This document shows positions 38,550 to 50,260 of a stretch of 64,000 bases of DNA, in pieces; the first letter of the stretch is position 1, and the number at the start of each line of letters is the position of its first letter. This DNA comes from Eutreptiella sp. 'Long Island Sound 2002'. Lineage: Eukaryota; Protista; Euglenida. The notes under the pieces are model-generated. The model worked only from the letters and a program-made list of their open reading frames with translations. It did not search any database and was not told where the DNA came from. The position numbers and the translations under genes are program-made. The DNA is taken from NCBI GenBank assembly GCA_964036045.1, contig OZ038378.1:150536001-150600000 (forward strand). The letters run 5' to 3'.

Positions 38550-40053
38550 CTGCAGTGGGAGGGCCCGGAGCAGTAGCAATGGAAAGTGCGTGGGGCAAGG
38601 ATGTGCTTGAGGGGTGGCTGGGTCTGAAGGGTGGTTTCGAGAGCCGTTGCAAAAGCGGTTGCCTGTGGCTAGAGCAGCGGTTGGGAGGCAAGGTCTTGGG
38701 GGGGGGGGGGGGAGATCGAAGAGCGGGGCACCCCTCCCCTCCCAGGGATCTTGCAGCTCGTGCATACCACGTTGCATCCCAGGCGAGCCGTGTTTGGGGG
38801 ACTCGACAGGGACAACACTACTGCCGTCGGATGGAGTGCAGACAGTGCACAGAGGGGACTGCACAGGGGGGTCGCAGCCCTCCCTGTCCACAACTCCTGC
38901 GATATATGAGGGGCGCGCCCGCTGAGCAACGCTGGTTGCGTTTTGATGGCACGCTGCATTTTACGCAGGGGGTCCCTTCAACAACGAGAATTGCTTCTAG
39001 TATCAAGGACCGCCTCTTGAGAAGCGGCATTTGATGGCCCATTCTTTGTTGATCCAGTGCCGACTGCGGGAGAAACGTCATATTTCTTCTCTTTACCCAG
39101 AGACATTTCACACAGATGTATCACTGAGTCATTCAAACAATTGCTGTGTTGGCCTGCTTGCCTTCTCCCTGGCGGTGCGCATGTTTGTTTTTGGTGTTGG
39201 GACCCCCTGATTGTACGTGGGACATATGGGCTCAACACATTTGCAGGCACGGGTTTGGAACCCCCCTTTAGCCCCCGAAGGAACTCTGGGCTATTGCACG
39301 GGTGCACAAGAGGCAGTCAGTACAAAGCGCAGAAATGCCATGGACAGGCATCTAATGGCCTGCTTCGTCGACCCGCGCACAGTTTTACACACACTGTGCA
39401 CAATCTGCAGCCACGGTGCATACACCGGTACCCGTGTGGGGGGCGTTTCTGCACAGCACGCGCGCAGCATGGGCACAGCGCCGATCACACAGATCTAGAC
39501 GGCGATCCGGCACTTTCAGTGTGAAACACGGCTTTATCTGAGGGTTTGGACTTGAGTAGGAATCTGAGCAGTCATGTGTCTGGGACCACGGCAGTGACTG
39601 CGGTCACCTTGGCCATCGGGGGAAACGGGTCCAAAATAGCCTACTTTTCGCACAGCGCACGGTGCGCCCCCACATTCCGCTTTCTGGGAGGCGATTGTAA
39701 TACGTACAGGGGTTTTTGTGCAAAAATTCCAACCACCCTGTTTGAAGGCCAATGGGGCCTATATATTGGCAATAACCCCATTTTGGGCCCCACAAAAAAG
39801 CAATCTAAATGGGATAAGGCCAATTACAAACCATGGGGCAATTGTTTTCAACCCTTAGGGAGGGGAGAATCCAACTTGGGAGACGGTCATCACTCATTGC
39901 CTTCGCGGTTTCTTTTTGCACAAGTTCCAACTACCCTGTGTGGCACAGTGCATTGCACATCATGAGCATTACGCGCAATTGCCGACCGTCCTTCCCAGGA
40001 GCATTCTACTGGCCCCACACGACCCCGTACATGTGCTGAGGGGGCATGCATAC
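38550..40053 (-). other. Spliceosomal GT-AG intron (1504 bp) of the HDAC gene
   Basis: CAG|GTATGC donor and CTGCAG acceptor. Splicing restores HHGNGTQ-AAFWTDPRVL, which matches the family pattern HHGNGTQxxFxxDPxVL. Confidence 0.9.
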
Positions 40054-40731
40054 CTGGGTCCCATTCCCATGATGGTAATCGAAGTCCACAATCAAGGCCC
40101 TCCTAACGTCATGCACCGCAAGGGCATGCGCACATGCAATCGCCACGTTATTGAACACGCAGAACCCCATCCCCCGGCCCGGCTCTGCGTGGTGCCCCGG
40201 CGGTCGCACGCACGCAAAGGCGTTCTTCGCACGCCCCTGCATGATCAAGTCAACGCCATCCACCGCAGCACCGGCAGCCCGCAACGCCGCACGCCAGGAA
40301 TCGCGGCACACCAGAGTGTCGCCGGTGCGCAGGGCCCCAGCGTCCCCTTTGATGTCCTCCTCCACCGCATCCAGATACCCTTCCGTGTGCACACGCGTGA
40401 TCGCCTCTCGGGAGGCGAGGGCAGGGGAGTGGTGCAGCAGGTGCCCCCACACAGTCCCCGTGCCATACCGTTCCCTCCTCAGCCGGTCGTGGATACAGCT
40501 CAGCCGGAGAGGGGACTCCGGGTGGCCCGGCTCAGGGTCATGAAGGGCAAAGTCTCCGTGGGAGATAAAGGCTGTAGGCAGGCGAGAGGCACTGCTGGTG
40601 AAGCAGGCTCTCTTCAGGATACATGGGAGGAGGGCGGTGGGGGCACTGCGCCACGGTGGCATCATGGTAATGGCTCCAATTGGTACGCCAGCAGCCTCAC
40701 ATGCTGTTTGAACTCTGATGCAGAATGCCAT
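40054..40731 (-). CDS. HDAC-family Zn-dependent deacetylase (class II-like / HdaH-type), exon 1
   Basis: HPESPLRL, RPPGHHA, GFCVFNNVA and DFDYHHGNGTQ motifs are all intact. Start is ATG 40731 (alternative 40665). The spliced product is ~369 aa. Confidence 0.93.
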
Positions 40732-43394
40732 GAAATGGGTCTCTATTCTTACCGAATTGTCCCTCCAGTCCCCTCCCCGCACGCGCCCCCCCCCCCCAAT
40801 TCTCTGCACCTCTTGCGCCCTCCTGCAGACTACCGACCAGTCCGTAGAGGACTAGTTCCAATGCCTGCCTCACACACTACTTCTAGGCAAGTGTTTTAAA
40901 AATTAGTCCCATTTACCATTGGTATGCGCATAAAAAAATTGTGTTGGTACTGTAATAGACCTGGTAACCATCTGGGCTTAGGGGATAGGGGGCTGAATCC
41001 TGTGCCGACATTTTGGGTTGCATCTGGACAAAAGTCCTTGGACTCCAAGAATGGTAACATTTATTGGTGTTTGCTGCGCACTCCGTGATGAAACTGGTGA
41101 TGACTGAAACGGCTTGTCATTTTCTGGACTTGAGCTGGGTACTCCAGGACCTAAGGCTCCACCAGCTGGCAGAGAGGCAAGGGGTCCCAGGGCCACCCTG
41201 TGTGCATGCGTGCATGTCTGTGTGCTGGCCCGTGTGCACACATGTCGGTCTTCAAAATTTTCAGTTGGTCGCAAAACGCCATTTGCACTGGGGACATGCC
41301 CAATGACTGTCAATTCCACAGCTTGTCGTCAGCCCGCGAGTAGAAAATAAAACAATGGAGTGCCATCGCAGTAAATCCTGTAGCTGCAGGGATATTAAAT
41401 TTGCTTCCGCGTGCCCATCCATCCCCTGGGTGGGGGCTTGTGCACAATTGCCTGTAGGATGCCATGACACTGTTGACCCACGCGTTCCAGCCTGCTGTTG
41501 CCAACAGAGCTCTCAGCCAAGGCCGTCATATCGCAGATCGCTCTTTGTCCAATGCTCCCCAACAAGTGCTAAGTAGTGAGAAATTCGTGTTGACCCAAAA
41601 AATCCTTTTTCCAGCCCAGTATCCCCCATCCCCCAATATTGGGGGGGGGGGGCACCACTGACCCACCGCTCCGACTCCCCAGCAGTGTTGCACCATCTGA
41701 GCACAGGGGGTGGTGCCTCGGGGCACACAACACCTTCTGGTGCCGACCTGGATGCAGCACGGCAATACTCGCTACCACGGGTACTGCAATGGTTTCGGGA
41801 ACACGCAACGATCCCTCATCATCAACAGCAGGGCCACCCTCTTTGGGAGTCACAAAATAGCAGTAATTCTGGGCAACCTAAAGGTACCTCCAACTATTTG
41901 TCGACCAAAGTGGCCAACACCAACAGGAACAAGAGTTCTAGGCCCCTAATTGGTATCGGCCTTACGCTTCCATCCTAGCCGCGTTTTAGTGTGAAGAAGC
42001 AACCTGCGAAGCTACCAAAGTCTAACATCTGAATGCTTGCTCCCACAGGGTGTGCCAAGCAAAGCCGAGGGTACTCCAAGACTACGCCGATGCCTTTGGC
42101 TTTCTCCGCTCCAAGAATTGATCTCTCTGAACCCTTGGGGGGGGGGGGGGGGCGACCCCTTGGTTGTGGACGCCAACCAACCCCCCAACTAACTGTTGGC
42201 CGGAGGCCCCTTGGGGGGGGCGCGGGGGCATTGGAGGGGAGGTGAAGGGAGGGGCGATGGGGGGGGGCGGGCTCCGGGAGGGTCGGTCGGGCCATACGCA
42301 GATCACAAAGCGCTCCACACATGCACGTCCTGGTATGCATATGCAGCAATGTTCAGCAGTTCCACAACTTGTGGCCAGGGCCACTGAATCGCTATGCTAC
42401 ACATTCGATTGCTGTCGCTTATGTACATATGGGCCTTATTTTGTCAACCCCGGGAGGTTTGCATGGTACAAGACGGGAAAGGCGCATAACTGGTTCATTA
42501 ACTTGCCTGTGGCTGACCCCAGTTGGTCAAATAATTGCTGCGCCATGTGACCGTAGCAGAAGAGTGAGCTCAAGGCTCATAGAAGGAAGGGAGAGGGGGG
42601 ACATCACTGTGATGCCCGGAGTCTAGCGTGCCAAAGCTAGGCTCTGTGCTTGGTGAACATGATTGGCATTGCCTGCGCTTGGCCGGCCGCGCCATGGGCA
42701 GCAGCCCAAGCAGTCTACACGTTCCAAGAGAATTGGTGGAATCTGATTCAGTGTCGCTTGAGGACCATGCATGCGAGACGGTTGTGGCTATGATGGCTGT
42801 ATCTATTGATTGCCTGTCTACAGATCTAAACGCTGAACGGGTATGTTTGTGTGGTAGGGAGCCACAACTAGACTGACTCTCTGGAAGGGGGGGCATCCGC
42901 AGACTAAGGTAGCCGCTACTTGAGTGGTAGCGCATCCGGTTTGACCCCTATTGCCGCCGCGCGACGGACGAGACCTCCCCTCGATCCCTTCGAGTACCGG
43001 TGGCGGCGCGCGCTGCTATAGGTGTGTGGTACCGTGACGTGTTTTTGCTTGGCTCAATCATGGTCGGTAACAGATACTGGATGCCCCCGCCCAGGCAATT
43101 CCAGCCAATGTTCCATGAGTTCCGCACACAATCAAACTGCTATGCTACATCCAGACAGAAAGTAAGCTACAGCCTGTTATGTACAGCATAAAACGTGTGG
43201 TACCAGGCAAAATGTCTGCACTTGTCAGAAGGCAGGCTATGCAGACAGCACCAGACAAGCAGGGAGAAGCCATAACCTATTCACGGCCGTCATCCCTGAG
43301 CACCTGTTGAAACCATAAAAGTGAAAGATGAGACAAAAGGTAAACAAAGTGGCCAACGGGAGGGAGATATCTATGGACGATGTCGCCACACCCA

Positions 43395-43475
43395 CCAGTT
43401 ACGAGCCCCACGATTCGAACCTACCCCCGGGAACCCAGGGCGGGGTGACTGTCCACTACAGTGCCACGACGATGG
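43395..43475 (-). mobile_element. tRNA-like (A-box/B-box) SINE head or tRNA pseudogene, copy 1
   Basis: Minus strand TGGCACTGTAGTGG ... GGTTCGAATC; no convincing acceptor stem. Confidence 0.45.
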
Positions 43476-43559
43476 CTTATTTCACACGCCCATCTGCTTA
43501 CACCCACGTGTGATCCGTTAGAGGGTGTGTCACGTCCACGAAAAGTGAGAGCGGGGCCG

Positions 43560-43645
43560 TCGGCGCCATTACCTCCACGGTGGGCATCGAACCTACGCCC
43601 TCCGGGACGAAGCCCCCGTGCACTTCCATTATGCTACGCTACCGA
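43560..43645 (-). mobile_element. tRNA-like SINE head or tRNA pseudogene, copy 2
   Basis: Minus strand TAGCATAATGGAAGTGC (D-stem GCAT/GTGC) ... GTAGGTTCGATGCCCAC (T-arm). The anticodon loop is 6 nt and the acceptor stem is broken. Confidence 0.55.
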
Positions 43646-43929
43646 TGTGGTATAAAACCCGAAACCAAGACCACCGGTTGATAATGAAGCAAAACACTAC
43701 CGGTGCCAAGTGTATGCCCTCTTCCGATAGACCAAGAACAACAACTGTTCATGGGGCGGCCGGCGCCGTCGCCTCCACGGTTCGCGACGGCCCGCGATGA
43801 CGGAGCGCACTGCAGGCCGGGCCCCCGTGCACTTTCAGGTATGCTCATATCGCCATGCACATGTGCCTTAAACACTGCCTAGATATTTAGCTTGCAAAAA
43901 GGTGACTCGTGAATGGACCGTTCAGTGGA

Positions 43930-44005
43930 TCCATATCCTCCTCGGGGTTCGAACCAGCCCCCGTGGGATTGGGGACGAGTGCACTACCAACTACACCAAG
44001 TGTTC
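43930..44005 (-). mobile_element. tRNA-like SINE head or tRNA pseudogene, copy 3
   Basis: Minus strand TGGTGTAGTTGGTAG ... GGTTCGAACCC; the acceptor stem is not complementary. Confidence 0.55.
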
Positions 44006-45696
44006 TATGTACCCCTATGACAGGGAGGGGCCGTACCACTCACCGTGGATTTAGTAGGAAAGGCAAGATGCAGAGGCCATAAGCATTATTCGCTGCACGA
44101 GGTCGAGGGGCTGCGGCCGGCGTCTCTATGGCAAAACAAGTTTCGTGCTAGGGGGCGGGGTTGTCTCCCCGAGGGAGTCCCCCTCTCACTGCAGGAGTTT
44201 TTGCTTGTTGGGGGGGGGGGGGGGCAGAACAGGAAAACAGACGAGACCTCCACCCGATCCACCGGCAGTACCGGCGGTGGCGCGTGTTAATGTAAGGGCA
44301 GGTCCCAACGATGCCCACTGGAAAGCTCTAGGTGCAAGGGAACTAGGAATCAAACCCCCGCTCATGACGACTGAAGACTACTATGCTCTCCGCTGGGCCG
44401 TCTATGTCTCTTACCATCCGCACAATGAGACCTGTAGCGGAAGAGTGAGATCAAGGCTCAAAAGAGGATGGGAGAGAGGGGACATCACTGTGGTGCCCAG
44501 AGTCCAGCGTGTCAGAGCTGGCCTCTGTGCTTGGTGAATGTGATCGGCATCGCCTACGCTTGTCTGGTTGCACCATTGGCGAGAGCCCAAGTAGTCTACA
44601 CGTTTCAAGATAATTGTTGGAATCTGATTCAGTGTCGCTTGAGGACCACGCGTGCGAGACGGTTGTAGCCGTAATGGTCGAATTTGTTGACTGCCTGTCT
44701 AAAGAGCTCATCGAAGAATGGGAATGACCGTGTGGTAGAGAGCCACGATTGGACTGCCTGTGACTCATATGTTCATCGCTAGATACCTCATCCAAAAACA
44801 GTGCTTGGGGTTGCAGCTCAGGAGGATGGTCGTCCTGGTCGTTACGGATCAGGCCTGCCATGCCTAGAGTAAAGAGGTTTCGGGCCGGTTGTCCAGAGGG
44901 GTATGATTGCTCAAGGCTCCAAATGGTCTACTGGTGGTCATCCATCACCAGATGGATCTCCCTGAGACAACAAGACATCATGGCCAAGGGAACCTCCATA
45001 CAAGAAGTTAGCGCCACACAGTACAAATACATTGACGCCGTGTGAGTCCTACGGAGTACAGCGAGTGTGGGTTTTTCCCAACCAAGTGGCGGACACTAAT
45101 GCGCATGCACCGTGCCAACCTCCACATCAGTAGGGCCTCCTGAATTCTTGTGGGTGACTGCGTGGTTCAAGATACATCTCCGCTCCACAGTTGTGTGTGT
45201 GTTTGTATGTGTGTCTGTGTGTGTGTCAGAGGGGGTTTTGGCATGACGCCATGGTGTGATGATCTCGTCTGCAGCTGGCGGCGCCTACTGGCCGATCGCC
45301 ATTCGCTACCCTTCCCTTGGACCCTTTCCCTCCGTGTCGGAGAGGGGGTGCCCCCATCATTCCCGTGTTCAGTGAGTTGTGTGTGGCCCACGCCTTGGAA
45401 TGGTGGTAGGAGAAGGGCGTACACAATACACAGCAACAGAGAGCAACCCCATGTCCTTTGTGCCCCGGGGCAAAAAAATGTTGCTCGACTGCGGACCCCA
45501 GGCATGTGTGATATGGTCGCAATTTGAAAGGAAAGAGGGAACCAGAAAGAAAAACAGGAAGAATGGTCAAGAGAAAGGCAGTTGCAAGCCCGCCCCAGAA
45601 ATTGCCCTCACCCTCCCTCCCGCCCTGTTCTTCATGCCTTTTCTTTGTGACACGGGCGAAGCCAACAGTTCAGCACCTCCACTCCACCCTCCATAC

Positions 45697-46010
45697 CTGT
45701 TGCCCAATTTCCAGGTTTCACACCTGGCCAAAAATCCGGTGGTCATAGCACCTAACACAAAGCTGCCGAAAAGCTGAAGCCCAGCAATGAGGCATCCAGT
45801 CCCAGTTGCGGGGTCTCCAGTGACCAGAGCAATGGCCGCCTTGGTGGTGATCCCCGTCACGTGACTGGGGGTCTGTTCCAGAACACTCAGCAGAGTGGCA
45901 GCATTCACGAACCCTGCGACTGCTGCCAGACTGGTCCCAATGAAAGCAATGACCCTGTACTCAATACCTTTCAGATTGTTGCCAGCCATACCGACCCATG
46001 TCTCCCTCTC
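45697..46010 (-). CDS. Exon of a YoaK/DUF1275-family membrane protein (N-terminal half)
   Basis: LAAVAGFVNAATLL...SHVTGITTKAAIAL...LFGSFVLGAMTTGFL...LGNR matches the family pattern. Acceptor TTTGCAG|GAG at 46011/46010; donor AG|GTATGG at 45697/45696. I could not find the downstream exons. Confidence 0.8.
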
Positions 46011-47092
46011 CTGCAAAGCAAACAACAGGCATTGACTACCTGATTACCTGGCTGACATGAAAATGCCACCTGCCCTGGCAGCGCATGAAGTCAGATCATG
46101 TGGCTGCCCAAAAACCCCCAAACAAACGACTGTTGTCCCTCATGGGGGATTTCTGACTGTGCACTGGTGTAAGCCCCGTGGTGCTGGAAAGCCTGTTGAT
46201 TGATCCCGACACACTTCTGATGTTTTGCAGTTTTCAAACGGATTGAGGGATGGATCGGACTGTTGAGTTTGGTCCTTTAAACATTCACAGTTCTGTCAGT
46301 GGAAACCCCACCCCCTTGCCCTGGAACATAACGCGTCATGTGTTTCCACAACATTGCAGCCTCTCCACAGTTCGGGCTTCGTCCTGATCGCATGGAATGC
46401 TGGGCAAAATAATTTCCATCTTTAAAAGTGACAGGAAGCCGAGGACCAGGGGAACCCTGATCAGCTCACCCCCCCCCACCCCCCATCCGGCGAGAAACCC
46501 AGGCGTCTTGCACCACATAGGTTCACACAGGAGACCAGACCACACACAGCACAGGCTGACGGTGGGGTGCGGTAGCATCCGAGCGACAACGAGCTCCTAT
46601 TGGACGAAAGATGGACCCTTCAGAAACATGCGATGGGTTTGATCTCTTGTGTTGGATCCAGATTCAGGTTCTGCAATGGTCTTGCAATGGAGTCTCATGT
46701 AGGTGGGCAGGTCAACCCACGCCCAACCTCAGCATTCTGCCTTGAACATAAAGGAGACTTCCAAGTTTGCAACGTTGGGGGACCATCACTTCTCCACCCA
46801 TGACTGGGTTGCAGGGCAGTTTGCGGGGCCCAAAAGGGCTGTTTTGGGGCACAAAATGCTATCACTGTGTGCACAGCCCCGAGTCTATTGCTAGCAATGG
46901 TGTTACTGCCTGCTCCCCACAATTCAGCTGGGGCCACTCTTCTTGCTGGGAAGTGCCTCGGGGTCAGTGCTGCATGCTGATTTGGCAAGAAGTTCCATCA
47001 TTGATGGGACAGCATTAAACCACCCTGCGCTTCATGTGGGTGCCATCACACGTGGGTGAGGTGGGGACTGAAGGAGCAAAAGGCAGGCGGAG

Positions 47093-47330
47093 TTAGAGAA
47101 GCAGATGCATCCACCGAATCAGTGGCCACATGAGAAGCGAGCCCTCGCAGCCCCGCCAGAGGCATCTCCAACCCGACCTCTCCAGTTTCAGGACCCATTC
47201 GGTCAGCCCCTTAAATGCCCAATCTGAATCCACCACCACCAACAACAGTCCATCTACACTTTTGTGCCTTGCCGCATGCAGCACTGCCCGCAGCTCGCAG
47301 CCGGCTCTCTTATTTGTCTGCTACTCGCCT
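47093..47330 (-). pseudogene. RNase HI domain fragment of a retroelement
   Basis: QTNKRA..ELRAVLHA and VVVDSDWAFKGLTEWVLKLERSGWR match the RNase HI TNNRAEL and TDSxY..GI..W...W..NGW motifs. The fragment is cut at its 5' side by the element starting at 47341. Confidence 0.75.
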
Positions 47331-47340
47331 AGCGGCACAT

Positions 47341-48911
47341 ATCAAGACTCGAACTAGGACCGAGCTGGGTCCTAGTCTTGCTTAACGCATTGGAGATCAC
47401 CGTTGAACAAAGACCGCATGCTTTAGAGATATGCCTCCACGGTCAGGACGATCGTCCTGAAACACAGATCAAAAACGGCTCATTTTCACCTCCAAAATCA
47501 CCACCGTGTGGCATCACAGCATGGTACATGCCGTATTGAACACCCATTTGCCATCATTTGATAGCCCGATCGCCATGGAAGAACAACGGCCCTCATTGCA
47601 AACGCCCACTTGACACACCGGCGATCGTCCTGAGTTTTCAGGACGATCGTCTTGAAAACAGCCCAAAAACGGCCGTTTTTGGGCACTGAATCGGCCGTAG
47701 AACGGGCTAGACGGCTCGAAACGGCACAAAACTTGTTTGTGGTGATGCGCCTTGGCTCCCCGGTCGTTTTGAGCTACTTGGATGCCGGTTTTGAGCCCTG
47801 GTGTGGTCGCAAGGACTTTTTAACCGTCTGCTGCTGCTGCTGCTTGCTGCTTGCTGCTTGCTAAAACGTGTAGCTCATCCTTGGACCCTACAAGGTGGTG
47901 TAAAACCTCGACAGGGTAAACCCAGCTCGGTAATCAAGACTCGAACTAGGACCGAGCTGGGTCCTAGTCTTGCTTAAGGCATTGGAAATCACCGTGGAGG
48001 AAACACTGCCTGCTTTGGAGATGTGCCTCCACGGTCAGGACGATCGTCCTGAAACACGGCTCAAAAACGGCTCATTTTCACCTCAAAATGGACCGCCGCA
48101 TGGCACCACGGCATGGTACATGCCTCATTGAACACCCATTTGCATTCCTTTGAGAGCCCAATCGCTATGAAAGAACAATGGCCCTCATTGGAAAGACCTA
48201 CTTGGCACACCGGCGATCGTCCTGAACTTTCAGGACGATCGTCTTGAAAACAGCCCAAAAACGGCCATTTTTGGGCCTTCAGTTCCTACCTTGATGGTCA
48301 CCCGCGTTCCATTAATCAAGACTCGAACTAGGACCGAGCTGGGTCCTAGTCCTGCGTAACGCATTGGAGATCACCGGTGAAGAAAGACCGCTTGCTTTGC
48401 AGATGTGCCTCCACGGTCAGGACGATCGTCCTGAAACACGGCTCAAAAACGGCTCATTTTCACCTCAAAATGGACCACCGTGTGGCACCACGGCATGGTA
48501 CATGCCGTATTGAACACCCATTTGCCATCATTTGATAGGCCAATCGCCATGGAAGAACAACGGCCCTCATTGCAAACGCCCACTTGACACACCGGCGATC
48601 GTCCTGAGTTTTCAGGACGATCGTCTTGAAAACAGCCCAAAAACGGCCGTTTTTGGGCACTGAATCGGCCGTAGAACGGGCTAGACGGCTCGAAATGCAA
48701 CGAAACTTGTTTGCGGTGATGCGCCTTGGCTCCCCGGTCGTTTTGAGCTACTTGGATGCCGGTTCTGAGCCGCGGTGTGGTCGCAAGGACTTTTTAACCG
48801 CCTGCTGCTTGCTTGCTGCTGCTGCTGCTGCTGTTGCTGCTAAAACGTGTAGCTCACCCTTGGACTCTAAAAGGTGGTGTAAAACCTCGACAGGGTAAAC
48901 CCAGCTCGGTA
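47341..48911 (-). mobile_element. Palindrome-rich ~595-bp element in three units (47341-47932, 47933-48276 truncated, 48315-48911); Helitron2/Helentron-like non-autonomous element
   Basis: Each unit starts ATCAAGACTCGAACTAGGACCGAGCTGGGTCCTAGTC (9-bp hairpin); full units end GGGTAAACCCAGCTCGGTA. The 12-bp ACCGAGCTGGGT/ACCCAGCTCGGT pair forms an asymmetric inverted repeat. Units 1 and 2 are joined head to tail. No TSD seen. Confidence 0.6.
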
Positions 48912-49109
48912 ACCAACCATTGAGAACCCCCGCCTATCAATGACCAACTGGTTGCAGTTGGGCGCCAGCCATAGAGATGCTCGATGGAGGTGTCTCTCTA
49001 ACATGCACATGAGAGTGTGCGCGTTTTGTTTTCACGCACAGCAGGAGAGCACACGTTGCACAGGCCCAGTCCGCATGAACATCAACGGCGAGTTCTCGGA
49101 AAGAAACGG

Positions 49110-50260
49110 TGTTTACCAAGGACATGATCTTGTGCAAAAGTTGGCAGTGCTAACTCGTTTTCGGATGCAATTGCACGTCCCCCGTGCAAAATTTGGATGT
49201 GCAAAGTTCAACCCGACAGTCCAATACCAATCTTCAACACGAAGAATGGTCACAGCACACCACAAGCTGCATGCAGGCAAGAAAACAGAAGAGTAATCAC
49301 AACAAAATGTGCCGTCTTCGTGGTGACCCACTCATCAAGGCTGTTGTGGGAATCCAAAAGCAGCAGAAGTGCTGAATGGTGAATGGCGAGACAAGATGGG
49401 CCGGAACGTCTTGCAAGTGCTTGTTGGTCTTTTGGTGAAAAAGGACCCTCGATGGTAACCGAATAGATCGTGCGGGGGTCGGGAAACAATGTTTAGCGAA
49501 AGATCGGAATCCTTACGTCGTAGAATTGGTGGACAGTGCACCCTCTGGGTGCAAACCACAGGCACATTCCAACAAAATGAAGGTGAACACTTTTCCAGTC
49601 GGTCCGCAAGCCCTTCAACTGGATGATGATGCCATGTGAACTGGATGATGCTGAAGACCCGTGACGATGTGATGCAGACCCCACCCTACCACCATCATTG
49701 CGCCGTGCGGAGCAAGTCCATGGGCACGAAGATCCCATCGAGGGACACACCCACTGCGCCCATGCCATCAATCAAATGCTGCCATTTTCGCCTTCGGTGG
49801 GTCTTCCTCTACGACCGTAAGAAATCCCTGATGGTTTTGCTTGTCCATGTGGATGGCAACTGCACACAGGGCGGGTCACTAGATGTCCCTGAGTGTTGAT
49901 TTGCTGTATCCTCCGAAGGGAGGCATTTTGGGTGCCCACCGTTGTCAATTCTTTCTGCGACATACTGTAACACCGCAGTCATGGTCTGTGATTGGACCTG
50001 TTTCAGTATTGGTTCTGGTGCTATTTTTCCCACAACAAGTGCCCAAGCCAAAAGCAGACCAATCACTCACTTCCACATGTGAGAACTCATCAGGGACGTG
50101 GATCCAATCGGCACTTCTTCCAAAGAATTTTACTGATGCAATATGACCACACATTCATTCGAGTCTTTGTTGACATGGTTACTGGGGGGGAAACAGCACC
50201 GACACCACGCCTGAGGCATCCTCTCTTGTAGCTTTGGTTTTGGTGAAAAACTCGTTCGTT
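49110..50260 (-). pseudogene. Possible decayed PIF1-family helicase (Helitron RepHel-like) fragments
   Basis: CAVTILRVED..TVGLNFAHPNFARG.......RVST has PIF1 motif V-VI spacing (AVTIHxxQG..VGxxxxxPxFAHG.......RV). SPPV......RMNVWSYCISKILW resembles the motif III region. Key residues are altered. Confidence 0.35.

Larger units (their letters stand above)
42550..44760 (+). repeat. Two diverged copies (~42550-42895 and ~44430-44760) of a ~340-bp element with residual coding similarity
   Basis: Alignable blocks GGACATCACTGTG.TGCCC.GAGTC and GGAATCTGATTCAGTGTCGCTTGAGGACCA. Both translate as ..SVLGE.D.H.LRL.G...SPSSLHV...ESDSVSLEDHACETVVA with stops. Confidence 0.75.

Noticed and set aside
43395-44005. 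Functional tRNA genes
   Set aside because: Acceptor stems do not pair and anticodon loops are not 7 nt; kept only as tRNA-derived relics.
47341-48911. Palindromic repeats as CRISPR repeats, REP elements or attC sites
   Set aside because: The whole ~595-bp unit is repeated, not a short repeat with unique spacers; no cas, TnpA-REP or integrase gene is nearby.
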